DNA of 64,000 nucleotides from the IMG/VR virus record IMGVR_UViG_3300020048_000035, one strand, 5' to 3'. The notes beneath the pieces are model-generated. The model saw only the letters and a program-made list of their open reading frames with translations. It was not told the DNA's origin and searched no databases. The position numbers and the translations under genes were made by a program. Every line of letters starts with the position of its first letter. The first letter of the stretch is position 1. Of this stretch, positions 10,341 to 20,690 are shown piece after piece. Source of the stretch: an uncultured virus (IMG/VR IMGVR_UViG_3300020048_000035). Its lineage: Duplodnaviria; Heunggongvirae; Uroviricota; Caudoviricetes.

Positions 10341-10750
10341 GAGAAGAATTTAGACACTTATTCAATGCGATATTCATTGATTTAATTATAGAGGATGGCA
10401 TCAATAGACATGACATATGGGAAGTCTTTTATGATGAGGGTGAAAGTTGGTATGATTGGTACTTGAGTGAGTGTGATACCAAGGATGGAGCCATGGACAA
10501 GGCTTTTAAAAGAGTATGGGATACTGTTGACAACACGGATAAAGAAGAATTGTTGTCACATGCTTTAGATAAAGCATGGGGTGTTAGGAAATTGCATGCT
10601 ATAGTAGCATTGACCGCTTGGGATGATTCATGTAATTATTTAACTATGGCATCAGAACAAGTTCATATGTTAGCAATACTTGGTGATCCTAAGGCATTTT
10701 TAATGCTTCCTGCAGTTTGGGTGTTTGAACAATCAAGGAAAGAAAAATGA
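10337..10750 (+). CDS. Acidic, Trp-rich hypothetical protein
   Basis: 137 aa; ATGA overlaps with both neighbours. Confidence 0.7.
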   Translation: MREEFRHLFNAIFIDLIIEDGINRHDIWEVFYDEGESWYDWYLSECDTKDGAMDKAFKRVWDTVDNTDKEELLSHALDKAWGVRKLHAIVALTAWDDSCNYLTMASEQVHMLAILGDPKAFLMLPAVWVFEQSRKEK

Positions 10751-11610
10751 GCGGAGTAGCAGGAGCAGAAAGAGTCAGGAGTCGCGCAGACTATGTCCAA
10801 TTTACAGGAGGCTATTCAAAACTTATTCATCAGTTTTGTGAAAATAATTTCTTATATTACACTGGTAGTTATGCCGCCGATGAGGCTAAACAAACATTTG
10901 GTGATATAGATTTAATTGTAACTATTCCTACCGTGCTTACTAAGACAACTCTTAAAAAATCATTAGTTGAATTTTTTCACAACCAACCAGAAGATGTCAT
11001 TGTACCCTTCAGCAATCCTAAATATTTAGGTCGTCGTACATATAATTCAGGTGAGATTGTAACTATAAGATACTATGATAAAGAATTAGGATATTCGGCA
11101 CAGATTGATAGCATCATTGCTAGGGATTATGCCGAAGCTAATTTTAAAAGAAAATTTTTAAATATGCCTGCATCAATCCAAGGCCTAGTACTGGGATTGG
11201 TAAAAGTTGCTGTGCTAGAAAATCCTGCTACTGAACTATTTGACAGACTTGGGATCGCTGATCCAGGAGTGTTAGGCCAAGACCAAGAGTACGAATTTAA
11301 TTTATCTAGCAGTGAATTACAGTTAAGACGAGTACAATACGAGCCGGAAACATATAAACAAGTTAGTAGAGAAATACTATGGACTTCCACAAATTTCTTT
11401 CAGGTTCATTCGTTGTTGGGAATGAAGAGTTTTGATTTTAAATTTGTTGAATTAGTTTCAGCGATTAATAGTAGAATTAAAAATCCGCGCAGTAGAGAGC
11501 GGATTAAAGGTTTGTTTGCGTCTATGATATCAGTTAAGTCTGGTGAAGTAGGAACAGAAAAAGGTGCTGAAAAAGAAAAGTCGTTGGCACTAGTCCAACA
11601 GACTTTCTAA
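10747..11610 (+). CDS. Pol-beta superfamily nucleotidyltransferase
   Basis: 287 aa; TGSY..FGDIDLIV (hGS-x-DxD) plus third acidic residue in AQID. Confidence 0.75.
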   Translation: MSGVAGAERVRSRADYVQFTGGYSKLIHQFCENNFLYYTGSYAADEAKQTFGDIDLIVTIPTVLTKTTLKKSLVEFFHNQPEDVIVPFSNPKYLGRRTYNSGEIVTIRYYDKELGYSAQIDSIIARDYAEANFKRKFLNMPASIQGLVLGLVKVAVLENPATELFDRLGIADPGVLGQDQEYEFNLSSSELQLRRVQYEPETYKQVSREILWTSTNFFQVHSLLGMKSFDFKFVELVSAINSRIKNPRSRERIKGLFASMISVKSGEVGTEKGAEKEKSLALVQQTF

Positions 11611-11614
11611 TTAA

Positions 11615-12725
11615 TTATAAACTAGGCAACTCGTCGTAATCTAGCGTATCTCCCATAACTCCAATAACATAGTTTGTACTTTCAGTTTCTTGTAATGCAG
11701 ACTGTTTATTAGATATATTAAGGTGTTTGTTGAACCATGGAATTGGTGTCGTTCTTGGTGCTGTGCCTTGATACTTGATACCAATTTCCTTTAGTGCTGC
11801 TACAGCGGTAAAGTCAACAAATTCTTTAAGAATATTAGCGTTAAGTCCAATGACTGGCCCTTTGTTAAACAAATAGTCAGCCCATTCTTTTTCTTCACGA
11901 ATAACATCTAGATATATTTGATATACTTCGGCTTCACATTCACCTTTAATGCTGGCAAATCTAGCATCTTCCTTAACAACTTGATTAATGATCCAAGCTG
12001 TCCATTCTTTGTGTAAGATTTCGTCTTGTAAAATTAAGCCGATAATATTACCATTGCCAATAAAGATACGGTTCTCAACCATTGCTAAACTTGTGGCAAA
12101 TGAAACCATGAAGCGAAATGCCTCAAGTGCGTAACTAGCATGTAGTGCTAACCAAATTGCTTTGATGTGTGCCTCTTCGCCGGCCATTTGTGGATCAATT
12201 TCTTTATAGCAGTTGATCTTGTGCAGTTGGTCATAGTACTTGCCTATACTTGCTGCCATACCAACAATCTCTTCAGTGTCGTGGATTGTGTTAAACACAT
12301 CTTTTGGTACGTTATAGATGTTACGAATAATATGGCTATACGAACGACTGTGAATGTTTGTTTCAAAAAATCCCCAGTTATACATCAGTGCTTCAAGTTC
12401 AGGAATGGAACATACAGGCGTAAACACTTGCGTGGGACCNNNNNNNNNNGCCTTGTACACTATCTAAGGCTGTTTGTCGCAATAAGTTACTAGTGAAGAT
12501 ATGTTTAACAGTATCACTAGCGTCTTTGAAATCTCCTGCGTCTTTTGTTAGGGAAATTTCTTCTGGAACCCAAAAGAATCCTCTAGCTTCAGCATCAAAT
12601 TTTGTTAACTTGTTATACTTTACTTCTTCAAACCGCTGTACTGTTACTGGCCCAGCAGGATCTAAAAACATTTTCCTACTAAGATAATCTGTCTTACTAC
12701 GTAAATTGTATTGTGCTTCACTCAT
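11615..12725 (-). CDS. nrdB: Ribonucleotide reductase class Ia beta subunit (spans N gap 12440-12449)
   Basis: FFWVPEE, ETNIHSRSY, EAFRFMVSFA, DEILH, QETE..Y motifs. Confidence 0.95.
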
Positions 12726-13381
12726 TAATATTTTCCTGATGCAAGTACTATCTTGCAAATATGTTCTAATCGTTCAATGTGCTCATAGGCTCGCCAAGGG
12801 CTTGTATCAATTGCGACTACACCATGCCCTTTGATTCCCACTATGTCATATACTATATTGCCGTTACTGTCTAATTGTAAATTTTTATGGCATTCATCGG
12901 CAAGTTCTTGACTAATTGGAGCAACATCTCCTACATTTGGTGCTACCTTAGTATATCTGTTTAATTCCGGAAATGAATCACTGATAGTACTCAAGTCTAT
13001 TCCCGCATGCATGGCCGCGATACAGTAAGTAGGATGTACATGTACTATTACACGAACTTCGCCTGTATGCTGACCCATCTCTTTTTGTAATCCAAAGTGT
13101 AGAGGAATCTCTCCACTAGGAATTAGATTTTTACTTATGTCTGTGTATTCCATGTCACGCCAACCATAATTACACGCTCCTATGCCAACTCCACTATTGA
13201 TCCATTTTTCAATTTTAATTTTTTTAAACTGATCAGGCTGTAGTGTTTGCTTACGTACTCCGCTAGGAGTAATGTAAAAGTGATCACGATCATGATGCCG
13301 AATACTAACATTACCATCACGGCTAGTAATCCAGTTACGCTTATATGCGTCTACTAATATATCACAAATAGTTTCTAACAT
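12725..13381 (-). CDS. Class II aldolase/adducin-family protein (FucA/AraD/MtnB-like)
   Basis: GNVS, ITPSG, PSGE..LH, HVHP, GHGV motifs. Confidence 0.85.
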   Translation of the reverse strand: MLETICDILVDAYKRNWITSRDGNVSIRHHDRDHFYITPSGVRKQTLQPDQFKKIKIEKWINSGVGIGACNYGWRDMEYTDISKNLIPSGEIPLHFGLQKEMGQHTGEVRVIVHVHPTYCIAAMHAGIDLSTISDSFPELNRYTKVAPNVGDVAPISQELADECHKNLQLDSNGNIVYDIVGIKGHGVVAIDTSPWRAYEHIERLEHICKIVLASGKY

Positions 13382-13390
13382 TATCTATCC

Positions 13391-15718
13391 TTAGAGTTTA
13401 CAGGATTCGCATGATTCTTCGTCATCAAACTCAATCGGTTCAAGTGTCATATCTGGCAGTGGTCCATCTGACTTAGATTTTGATCCTTGTTTGTTAATCA
13501 AACTGTAGTATAATGTTTTCAATCCCCAGTAATGAGCCAACATTAAATTTTTAGCAATTAAGGTAGCAGGAACTTTACGACCAGGAAAGTGGGCAGGATT
13601 ATAAAACGTGTTAGTACTAATACTTTGATCCACATACGCTGCAAGTACAGCTGCAGTTTTCAAGTATCCCACACAGTCGGTTTGTTCCCACATTAACTGA
13701 TACTTGGCTTTAAGTCTGTTATATTCAGGAACTACTTGAATCAAACTTCCAGCTTTACTTTCCTTAACAGTAATCAAGCTCATTGGTTGTTCTGCGCCGT
13801 TAGTGCTGTTGATAACAACTGAGCTGGATTCAACAGGAGCAATTGCTGTCACAGTGGCATTACGAACACCAGATATAATCATGCGTTCGCGCAACGGTTC
13901 CCAAGGAAGTTCTGCTGTGAAGTCCGTGAGTTCATTGACACCAGCGGCACGTAATTCCCAAGGAAACTTACCTTGTCCATATCGTGTTTGATCACTACCT
14001 AGGCACTTTCCACGTTCTTCTGCCAGTTCTACACTCATTTCAGTTAGATAAAATGCCTGATGTTCCATCCAAGATTTAACTTCTTGAAGCGCATCGGCAT
14101 CGCCATACTTCAACCCTCGTTTAGCATGCCAGTAGGCCAAATTGGTGATGCCGATACCCAGTGGCCGTATTTCATCGTTGCTTAATTTACTTTGAATACT
14201 TAGGAAGTCTTGATAGTCCAGTATGTTGTTTAGGCTGCGATGCAGGATACGACAAGCACGGCGCATATCTTCTGGATTACGAAAGGCACCCCAATTGATA
14301 CTGCCTAGTGTACACAATGCAATTCTACCTTGATCGTCATCTAGTCTATCAAATGACTTAGTTGGCAGTAAGATTTCCATACAAAGATTGCTTTGATATA
14401 TTGTATGAAATTCAGGATCAAACGGCCCTTGATTTTGAACATTGTCAGTAAACATAAGATAGATACGACCGGTATCTGTGCGCTCTTTTAATATGCCACC
14501 TTTAAATACATCTTCAGCAGCCATAGTTTTTGTTCGCAGACCTTTTTTCTTTTCGTATTTGACATACAATTCTTCAAACTTTGCTGTGTCGCTGTAGAAA
14601 GCTTCGTATAGGTCTGGCACTTCATTTGGATCAAAGAAGGTTATATTTTCTTTGTTCTTAAATCTTCTCCAGAAAAATGCTGACAACACAACACCGTAAT
14701 CCATGAAGCGAACACGAGTTTCGTCTGTGCCTTGATTATTTTTTAGAACGATAAGGTCATCAAACTGATAATGCCATATAGGATAAAATACAGTGGCACT
14801 TGCGTTTCTGATGCCGCCTTGGCTACAGCTGCGTAGATCACCAAACCACTTCTTTAGAAATGGCACCATGCCTGTATGTGTAACTTCACCGCCACGAATG
14901 GGACTGCCAAGTGGCCGTAATCTTCCAATCTCAAGACCTATGCCGGCACGTTTTGCGGCATACTTGGCCATCATTTCTCCTGAAGCAAAGATGCTATCAA
15001 GATTGTCATCACTACGAATAAGAACACAACTACTGAACTGTTTAGTTGGAGTTCCCAACCCGGCCAGAACAGGAGTGGCAAGAGTAAATAAACCATCGCT
15101 CGCAGCATTATAATATTCTTTAATGTAACGCATCCGAGCTGAGTTAGGCTCTTCTTTGTGAAAGACTGTAGCTGCTGCCACCATGTAACGAACTTGTGGA
15201 GTTTCATAAATTTCCTTAGTGGCACGATTTTTAACAAGATATTTTTCAATAAGTTGTTCAATCGCTGCGTAACCATATTGCTCATCTTTAGAATGATCAA
15301 TTATATCGTTCATTCGGTTCCAATCTTCTTCTGTGTACCATTCTAGAAGTTCTTGGGTATAAAAACCAGAGGCAACATTTTTCTTTACAATTTCATATAA
15401 GTGTGGCGGGTCATATGTGCCATACACTGTTTTTCTAAGCATTGACAATCGCTGCTTGCCAGCAACATATTGATAGTTAGTGTGTCCTACATCAGGATTG
15501 GATCCTACATCAATCAAATCTACAATGGCTCGTAGAGTAATTCCATCAATGTCTTCAGTGGTTATACCGTCATAAAAATGTAACTGGGCTTTGATTTCAA
15601 CCATTGATTGGCTAACATCAGCAATGCCTTTACAAATTTTTGCTATTTGAGCTTGCCATTTTTCTATTTGGAGAGGCTCTCTATCTCCATTACGCTTTAC
15701 AACTGTAATCTTTGTCAT
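13391..15718 (-). CDS. nrdA: Ribonucleotide reductase class Ia alpha subunit
   Basis: ATP cone VVKRNG, SSCVL, SNLCME, APVESSS, KTLYY, C-terminal CESC. Confidence 0.97.
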   Translation of the reverse strand: MTKITVVKRNGDREPLQIEKWQAQIAKICKGIADVSQSMVEIKAQLHFYDGITTEDIDGITLRAIVDLIDVGSNPDVGHTNYQYVAGKQRLSMLRKTVYGTYDPPHLYEIVKKNVASGFYTQELLEWYTEEDWNRMNDIIDHSKDEQYGYAAIEQLIEKYLVKNRATKEIYETPQVRYMVAAATVFHKEEPNSARMRYIKEYYNAASDGLFTLATPVLAGLGTPTKQFSSCVLIRSDDNLDSIFASGEMMAKYAAKRAGIGLEIGRLRPLGSPIRGGEVTHTGMVPFLKKWFGDLRSCSQGGIRNASATVFYPIWHYQFDDLIVLKNNQGTDETRVRFMDYGVVLSAFFWRRFKNKENITFFDPNEVPDLYEAFYSDTAKFEELYVKYEKKKGLRTKTMAAEDVFKGGILKERTDTGRIYLMFTDNVQNQGPFDPEFHTIYQSNLCMEILLPTKSFDRLDDDQGRIALCTLGSINWGAFRNPEDMRRACRILHRSLNNILDYQDFLSIQSKLSNDEIRPLGIGITNLAYWHAKRGLKYGDADALQEVKSWMEHQAFYLTEMSVELAEERGKCLGSDQTRYGQGKFPWELRAAGVNELTDFTAELPWEPLRERMIISGVRNATVTAIAPVESSSVVINSTNGAEQPMSLITVKESKAGSLIQVVPEYNRLKAKYQLMWEQTDCVGYLKTAAVLAAYVDQSISTNTFYNPAHFPGRKVPATLIAKNLMLAHYWGLKTLYYSLINKQGSKSKSDGPLPDMTLEPIEFDDEESCESCKL

Positions 15719-15752
15719 TCTTTCTCTTTTTGTTGGTGTACTACTTATGCTA

Positions 15753-16163
15753 CTATATGCTGGGCTTTACAAAACAGTGTTTAATGTTGTATAATAATTT
15801 ATTATTTACTATAATTGCTCTATCCCAATTAAGCGTATATTTTTCTTTGTTTACTAAGACTAAATTACGATTGTCTTCGGTCAAAACCATCTCTACTGAT
15901 AGTAAATCTTTATGGTCTAAGAAAGTTATAGTATACAGTATTCCTAGACCTCTAGCAACATCACAATAGATATTATCACTCAAAAGTTGCCATGGATCTG
16001 GCCATTTTAACATATCATCCCAGTGTAAGTAATACCCTGACCACGGGGCTTGATACCACCAATTATTGATCGTTTGCAGAGCTTGCTCCAACGGCATAGA
16101 TTGAACTTCTTTACGAAGGTCAGCCCATGCGGTTAGTCTGTCAGAAAAATCCTTATGCCACAT
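15753..16163 (-). CDS. Conserved hypothetical phage protein
   Basis: 136 aa Trp-rich; WPDPWQLL motif; coupled to the tailspike gene. Confidence 0.7.
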   Translation of the reverse strand: MWHKDFSDRLTAWADLRKEVQSMPLEQALQTINNWWYQAPWSGYYLHWDDMLKWPDPWQLLSDNIYCDVARGLGILYTITFLDHKDLLSVEMVLTEDNRNLVLVNKEKYTLNWDRAIIVNNKLLYNIKHCFVKPSI

Positions 16164-17971
16164 TAACTAAAATAACTGATTGAGTAACTCATTTGAGATG
16201 CTGCGTTTGCTGTAGAAACATATTGTAACGATACACTTTGTCCCACTTGTATAGCTGATAATATAACACTTAAATCTTCATTTTCAGTATAATCATCTGT
16301 ATAATTAGGAGTATACTGAGTGATTACACCGCCACTAGAATATGCGTTAGCGTAAGTACTAGAGTAACTTACTGAACTTGTGCTAGGAGCAGGTGTATTA
16401 CCAACTATATATGTTCCATTATATCCAGACGGAACTATTTCTGTTACCACAATTGTGCTGCTTATAGGAAAGGTAACGCTAGATCCAGAGGTAAATGATA
16501 GTGTTGAAACAGAGCCATTGCCAGTAGCACCGGTTACGTTTCCAATAGTTGGTGTACTTGCTTTAGAAACAAATATTGTCCCAGTTCTAAATAAGGTAGA
16601 ACTTTGTACTATTGAGTAATCTACTTTAAAACTCAATATACTAGTACCAACAGTTAATATTGTATCGGTGGAGTTTGCTGATAATGTTGTTACTAATCCA
16701 GACTGAACTGTTTTTGATCCTAGCTGTATTTGTGATCCATTTGTTGTGGCAATACTTACTGAGGTTCCCAATGATATTCTGGGGTACTGAGCAGCAAATG
16801 CGTCTGATCTTTCAAACATATCACCAACACTGGCATTGTTGTCACCTATTATGCTAATTACTGATTGCTGCGGGCTTGCCGTTCCGGCAAAATGATTGGC
16901 AACGTCATAAAAAATATTGTATCCACTTATATTAAGTGATACCTCTCCAAAAGTAATACCAAAACTGTAAATGTTATCAAACACGTTATTAGTAATGCGA
17001 GTTCCTGTTGGTCCACCACTGTCACCAAGAGCTAGTGTAACTCCTTGATACAAGATATTAAAATTACTATTGGTAACTACTATGCCTTTTGATACATAGT
17101 TGGCACTAACACCATAAGTTGTACCGCTAAACCTACATCCATCAAATACAACGTCGGTTGTGGTTACCATGTCACTTGACAATAATACGCACGAAGTATC
17201 GGCTATAGAAGATGTTAATGTCGAGGTAGTACCAACACCATAAAATCCCACACTCTGAAATTGACTATTAGTAGTAGAGTCAACTAAAAATATATTCATG
17301 GAATCATCTAAACTTTGAAACGCCATATTAGCGATAGTGATATCAGTTGGAGGAGTTGCTCCACCATTGCCAATATTAGCTCCTGTTTGTTGCAAACTAT
17401 CAGCAGTTTGTGCTACACAAGTAGTTCCAACAGCACTACCTGTTGCTACCATTTGAATAATAGAATTGTCAGGACCTTCGCCATATAATGTAGCATACGG
17501 AGGAATATTTATAGTACCTGAAATAATATAAACTCCGGCTGGAAAGAATAGACTACGCCGAATTTGTGGATTGGCTTGTATACAATATAATTGATTTAAC
17601 GCACGATTAATGGCAGCAGTGTCATCAGTAAGTCCATCACCTTTTGCGCCGAAATCCAATACAGAAGCAAATTGATCTAACCAGTTCTGTAAACTTAGCG
17701 TAACAGGGGTACCGGGTGTAGGGCCAGTTTGCACAGTGTAACCTGCTGCTGTTCCCTTATATGTGTAACTGGCACCTAAATTTAGAATATCAGAAAACTC
17801 TGTTAAAATTTCAGTATTTCCAATAACAGGAGCACCTTCAGCCAAAGTGCCGTTACCAATATAAAGCTGACGGGTATCAGTAGACCAACCTAGTTCTGCG
17901 CCTGCCAATTGGGGTAAATCTGTATTTAATCCCAGTCGGTTTGTTATTTGTGAAATTTGGACGATTGCCAT
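16163..17971 (-). CDS. Tail fibre/tailspike with Mtd-N-like head and pectate-lyase-type beta helix
   Basis: Start MAIVQISQI after late promoter and SD; ELGWSTDTRQLYIGNG; SVLDFGAKGDGLTDDTAAINRAL; FFPAGVY. Confidence 0.85.
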   Translation of the reverse strand: MAIVQISQITNRLGLNTDLPQLAGAELGWSTDTRQLYIGNGTLAEGAPVIGNTEILTEFSDILNLGASYTYKGTAAGYTVQTGPTPGTPVTLSLQNWLDQFASVLDFGAKGDGLTDDTAAINRALNQLYCIQANPQIRRSLFFPAGVYIISGTINIPPYATLYGEGPDNSIIQMVATGSAVGTTCVAQTADSLQQTGANIGNGGATPPTDITIANMAFQSLDDSMNIFLVDSTTNSQFQSVGFYGVGTTSTLTSSIADTSCVLLSSDMVTTTDVVFDGCRFSGTTYGVSANYVSKGIVVTNSNFNILYQGVTLALGDSGGPTGTRITNNVFDNIYSFGITFGEVSLNISGYNIFYDVANHFAGTASPQQSVISIIGDNNASVGDMFERSDAFAAQYPRISLGTSVSIATTNGSQIQLGSKTVQSGLVTTLSANSTDTILTVGTSILSFKVDYSIVQSSTLFRTGTIFVSKASTPTIGNVTGATGNGSVSTLSFTSGSSVTFPISSTIVVTEIVPSGYNGTYIVGNTPAPSTSSVSYSSTYANAYSSGGVITQYTPNYTDDYTENEDLSVILSAIQVGQSVSLQYVSTANAASQMSYSISYFS

Positions 17972-17993
17972 TACGTTATTCCTTAGTAGTAAG

Positions 17994-17999
17994 TATTTA
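17994..17999 (-). promoter_or_regulatory. Late promoter core
   Basis: CTAAATA upstream of the tailspike SD. Confidence 0.7.
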
Positions 18000-18716
18000 G
18001 CTAATCGTGTAGTAGAGCTCCAAACGTTTCCACCATACTTGTTCCCAGCGGTCAAAATCCTTTGGTTCTAGAATAAATTCTTGATATTGTGGGCGATCAG
18101 TTGGCTCCATAGTAGTTTGATCTACCGGAGGTTTAACACACATTAGCACCACTCCTTTACGAATGTTTGTTCCATAAACTTCATTGTGTGCCAACGCATA
18201 TGCCACTAATTGTAAGTAGTAATCTTCAATCCATTCTAATTTTTTAGGTTTATTGGTTTGTTTGTAATCAAGAATACTTTCGTCGCCCATGTGTATACCA
18301 CAACCATCGGTGGTACCGGCATACATTTGTGGAAAATATAAGGGAATTTCCACGCCCCAGATTTCATTGACATTTTTAAGACCGTCTTCAATAACTGTCT
18401 GCGCCATCTTGTGGCTTGCCCAACTATATGGATTTGATCCTCTTTCACTAATTACGCCATTGCGGATGTAATCTTCTAGGTATTTGTGCATTCTTGTGCC
18501 ACGATTGGCAGCTTCGGTGGTAATAGCTTGTGCTTTTTCTATTCCCACTGTTTTGCGCCAGTTTTGTAGAGCTTCCTTTTTTTCTGCTGGCTGTGTGGCA
18601 CTAAGAATAGTTGTTACTGAAGGGACACGGCGTCCATCTGGAGTTTGGTATAATCTTTTGCCGTTTGCGTCAGTGGTTCGTGATAAGTCTTTATAATCAA
18701 ATTTAGGTATATACAT
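17997..18716 (-). CDS. PD-(D/E)XK exonuclease (T4-like phage/MGME1-type)
   Basis: PSVTTIL, RGTRMH, E..L, GTTD, DYK, QLVAYA motifs. Confidence 0.85.
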   Translation of the reverse strand: MYIPKFDYKDLSRTTDANGKRLYQTPDGRRVPSVTTILSATQPAEKKEALQNWRKTVGIEKAQAITTEAANRGTRMHKYLEDYIRNGVISERGSNPYSWASHKMAQTVIEDGLKNVNEIWGVEIPLYFPQMYAGTTDGCGIHMGDESILDYKQTNKPKKLEWIEDYYLQLVAYALAHNEVYGTNIRKGVVLMCVKPPVDQTTMEPTDRPQYQEFILEPKDFDRWEQVWWKRLELYYTIS

Positions 18717-18722
18717 TACACT

Positions 18723-18751
18723 AGTTTAACTTAGTATTGTACAAATATCAA
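18723..18751 (-). promoter_or_regulatory. Sigma70 promoter, leaderless
   Basis: TTGATA-17-TAAACT, 6 nt before ATG 18716. Confidence 0.7.
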
Positions 18752-18752
18752 G

Positions 18753-19082
18753 TTAAATGGTAAATGACTCACCACAACCACAGCGAGCCGATTCCTTTGG
18801 ATTGATAAAATCAAATCCTTCGTTAAGTCCTTTGCGAACATAATCGATCTCAAGTCCGTCGATATAAACTAAATCTTTCTGAGTAACCCAGACTTTTGCT
18901 CCGCTTCCGATATCATATTCTACCCAGTCCCAATCACACGGGACTTGATCCACGTACTCAAGCACATACGCAAGACCAGAACAGCCGGTTGTTTTAACCC
19001 CAACTTTAATGCCTTGTCCACTACCTCGTTTAGCAATATTGCTAATTATTTTCTTTGCTGCTGTTTCTGTTATTGTTATCAT
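18753..19082 (-). CDS. iscA: Fe-S cluster A-type carrier IscA
   Basis: TTGCSGLAY and CGCGESF. Confidence 0.95.
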   Translation of the reverse strand: MITITETAAKKIISNIAKRGSGQGIKVGVKTTGCSGLAYVLEYVDQVPCDWDWVEYDIGSGAKVWVTQKDLVYIDGLEIDYVRKGLNEGFDFINPKESARCGCGESFTI

Positions 19083-19264
19083 TATAGTTTTTCTATTAGT
19101 TCAGAAATTTCCTTGGACAATGCTTCTCTAAGTATCGCTAGACGAAGTTTAGCATTACCTTGCTTCATTGGAAATTCACTGCGAGTTGCGGGAGCAACAT
19201 TACAAATTTCGTTAACTAAGTATTGAAATCTAGCATCTAGTGCTTTTTTTTCTTTTACATCCAT
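19082..19264 (-). CDS. Hypothetical protein
   Basis: 60 aa, stop/start overlaps on both sides. Confidence 0.6.
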   Translation of the reverse strand: MDVKEKKALDARFQYLVNEICNVAPATRSEFPMKQGNAKLRLAILREALSKEISELIEKL

Positions 19265-19755
19265 TATTTCTTTGCCTTTTTAGCTGCTAGCATAAATTTT
19301 AAATCACTTACATAGTCTTTGAATACTTTGCCATCTAGATGATCTATCTCATGAAGGAAACATTTAGCATCAATTTCACTGAATACTGTACTGTGTTCAG
19401 CACCAGTAATATCTCTCCAGCGAGCATATACATATTTTGGTCTAGCAATAGTAAGATCTACTCTGGGAAAACTTAGGCATCCTTCTCTATATTCCCAGAA
19501 ATCATCTGATAATTTGTTTATTTCTGGATTTACTAAGACTAATTGTTGCCCGGCAAACACCCCATTTTGAATATTCATAGCCATAACGCGGTATGAAATA
19601 CCTATTTGATTAGCAGCAAGACCCAGTGCCATCTGACTATTCATAGTGTCAAGAAGGTCTTGACTTATGTTTTCAACAGGAGGGTTACTGAAGTCCCACG
19701 CTTGGCATGTTTTTAGCAGTAATGGATCCGGCCACTTCAGTATTTTGTGTATCAT
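19264..19755 (-). CDS. def: Peptide deformylase
   Basis: GLAANQIG, EGCLS, HEIDHLDG. Confidence 0.95.
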   Translation of the reverse strand: MIHKILKWPDPLLLKTCQAWDFSNPPVENISQDLLDTMNSQMALGLAANQIGISYRVMAMNIQNGVFAGQQLVLVNPEINKLSDDFWEYREGCLSFPRVDLTIARPKYVYARWRDITGAEHSTVFSEIDAKCFLHEIDHLDGKVFKDYVSDLKFMLAAKKAKK

Positions 19756-20125
19756 GTTTGCTTATATAATCTGCTACGGCTGCTTTGATCGCATCTTCTG
19801 CGAGAATTGAACAATGGATTTTAACGGGCGGAAGTGCCAATTCTTGGGCAATGTCTGTATTTCTAATTCGTCCAGCATCTTCAAGAGATTTTCCTTTGAC
19901 CCACTCAGTGACCAAAGAGGAGCTTGCGATTGCTGATCCGCAACCATATGTTTTAAATTTTGCATCCGTGATAATGCCATGTTTGACCTTTATCTGTAAC
20001 TTCATCACGTCACCACAAGCAGGTGCACCCACCATACCAGTGCCAACGTTATCTTCGTCTTTAGCAAAGGACCCTACATTGCGAGGGTTCTCATAATGAT
20101 CTAAAACTTTTTCGCTATAAGCCAT
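19685..20125 (-). CDS. iscU: Fe-S scaffold IscU
   Basis: DHYENPRNVG, APACGDVM, GCGSAIAS, LPPVKIHCS. Confidence 0.96.
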   Translation of the reverse strand: MAYSEKVLDHYENPRNVGSFAKDEDNVGTGMVGAPACGDVMKLQIKVKHGIITDAKFKTYGCGSAIASSSLVTEWVKGKSLEDAGRIRNTDIAQELALPPVKIHCSILAEDAIKAAVADYISKHDTQNTEVAGSITAKNMPSVGLQ

Positions 20126-20134
20126 ATTAGCCTT

Positions 20135-20251
20135 TTATTTGCCTTTGATTAAGCCAGTTAGTTTTGCTTGAATGTTTTTAGCAAAGTCTGGTTGTGGGAA
20201 ATTCCACCCAACGAATGCTCCTACTGCGATCCATAATAATGTCTCAAACAT
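20135..20251 (-). CDS. Small single-TM membrane protein (38 aa)
   Basis: MFETLLWIAVGAFVGWNFPQPDFAKNIQAKLTGLIKGK; strong AAGGAG SD; below ORF-track cutoff. Confidence 0.75.
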   Translation of the reverse strand: MFETLLWIAVGAFVGWNFPQPDFAKNIQAKLTGLIKGK

Positions 20252-20293
20252 GATAAATCTCCTTTTTAATATTACTATTATACTTATACTTGA

Positions 20294-20659
20294 TTAATTC
20301 GGTACCATTATAGTAATATAACAGTTACAATTATTGTCTAACATTTGTTCGTAATGATATCCTTCAGGGGCTGGTGGAGGAGGCATGTATTCTGGGGCAC
20401 GTTGTATGTATACAGGGGCAGGCTGGGCGTATACTGGAGCAGGAGCATAATATGGGGATGCCAAGGCAGCACCAACTACACCACCCAAAATTAATCCACC
20501 AATTGCTGGTGCAACCCAATTATTACGATAGTTATTATTGTATCCGCCACGATATCCGTAGCCACCATGGTATCCATTGCCTCCACGATTCCATGCGTAT
20601 GATGGAACGGTACTTAGTAACAATGCTGTTGCCAAAAATGATAAAATAAGTTTTTTCAT
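20294..20659 (-). CDS. Exported Gly/Pro-rich protein
   Basis: Signal peptide, GGY-rich region, glycine-zipper helix, APVY repeats; AAGGAG SD. Confidence 0.75.
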   Translation of the reverse strand: MKKLILSFLATALLLSTVPSYAWNRGGNGYHGGYGYRGGYNNNYRNNWVAPAIGGLILGGVVGAALASPYYAPAPVYAQPAPVYIQRAPEYMPPPPAPEGYHYEQMLDNNCNCYITIMVPN

Positions 20660-20690
20660 TTCAAACTCCTTGATTAAGTTGTGTATACTA

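Noticed and set aside
16163..17971. Diversity-generating retroelement target suggested by the Mtd-like N-terminus
   Set aside because: No reverse transcriptase or template/variable repeat pair in the window; the N-terminal domain is a generic fibre module.
17997..18716. Cas4 call for the PD-(D/E)XK nuclease
   Set aside because: No four-Cys Fe-S motif and no cas context.
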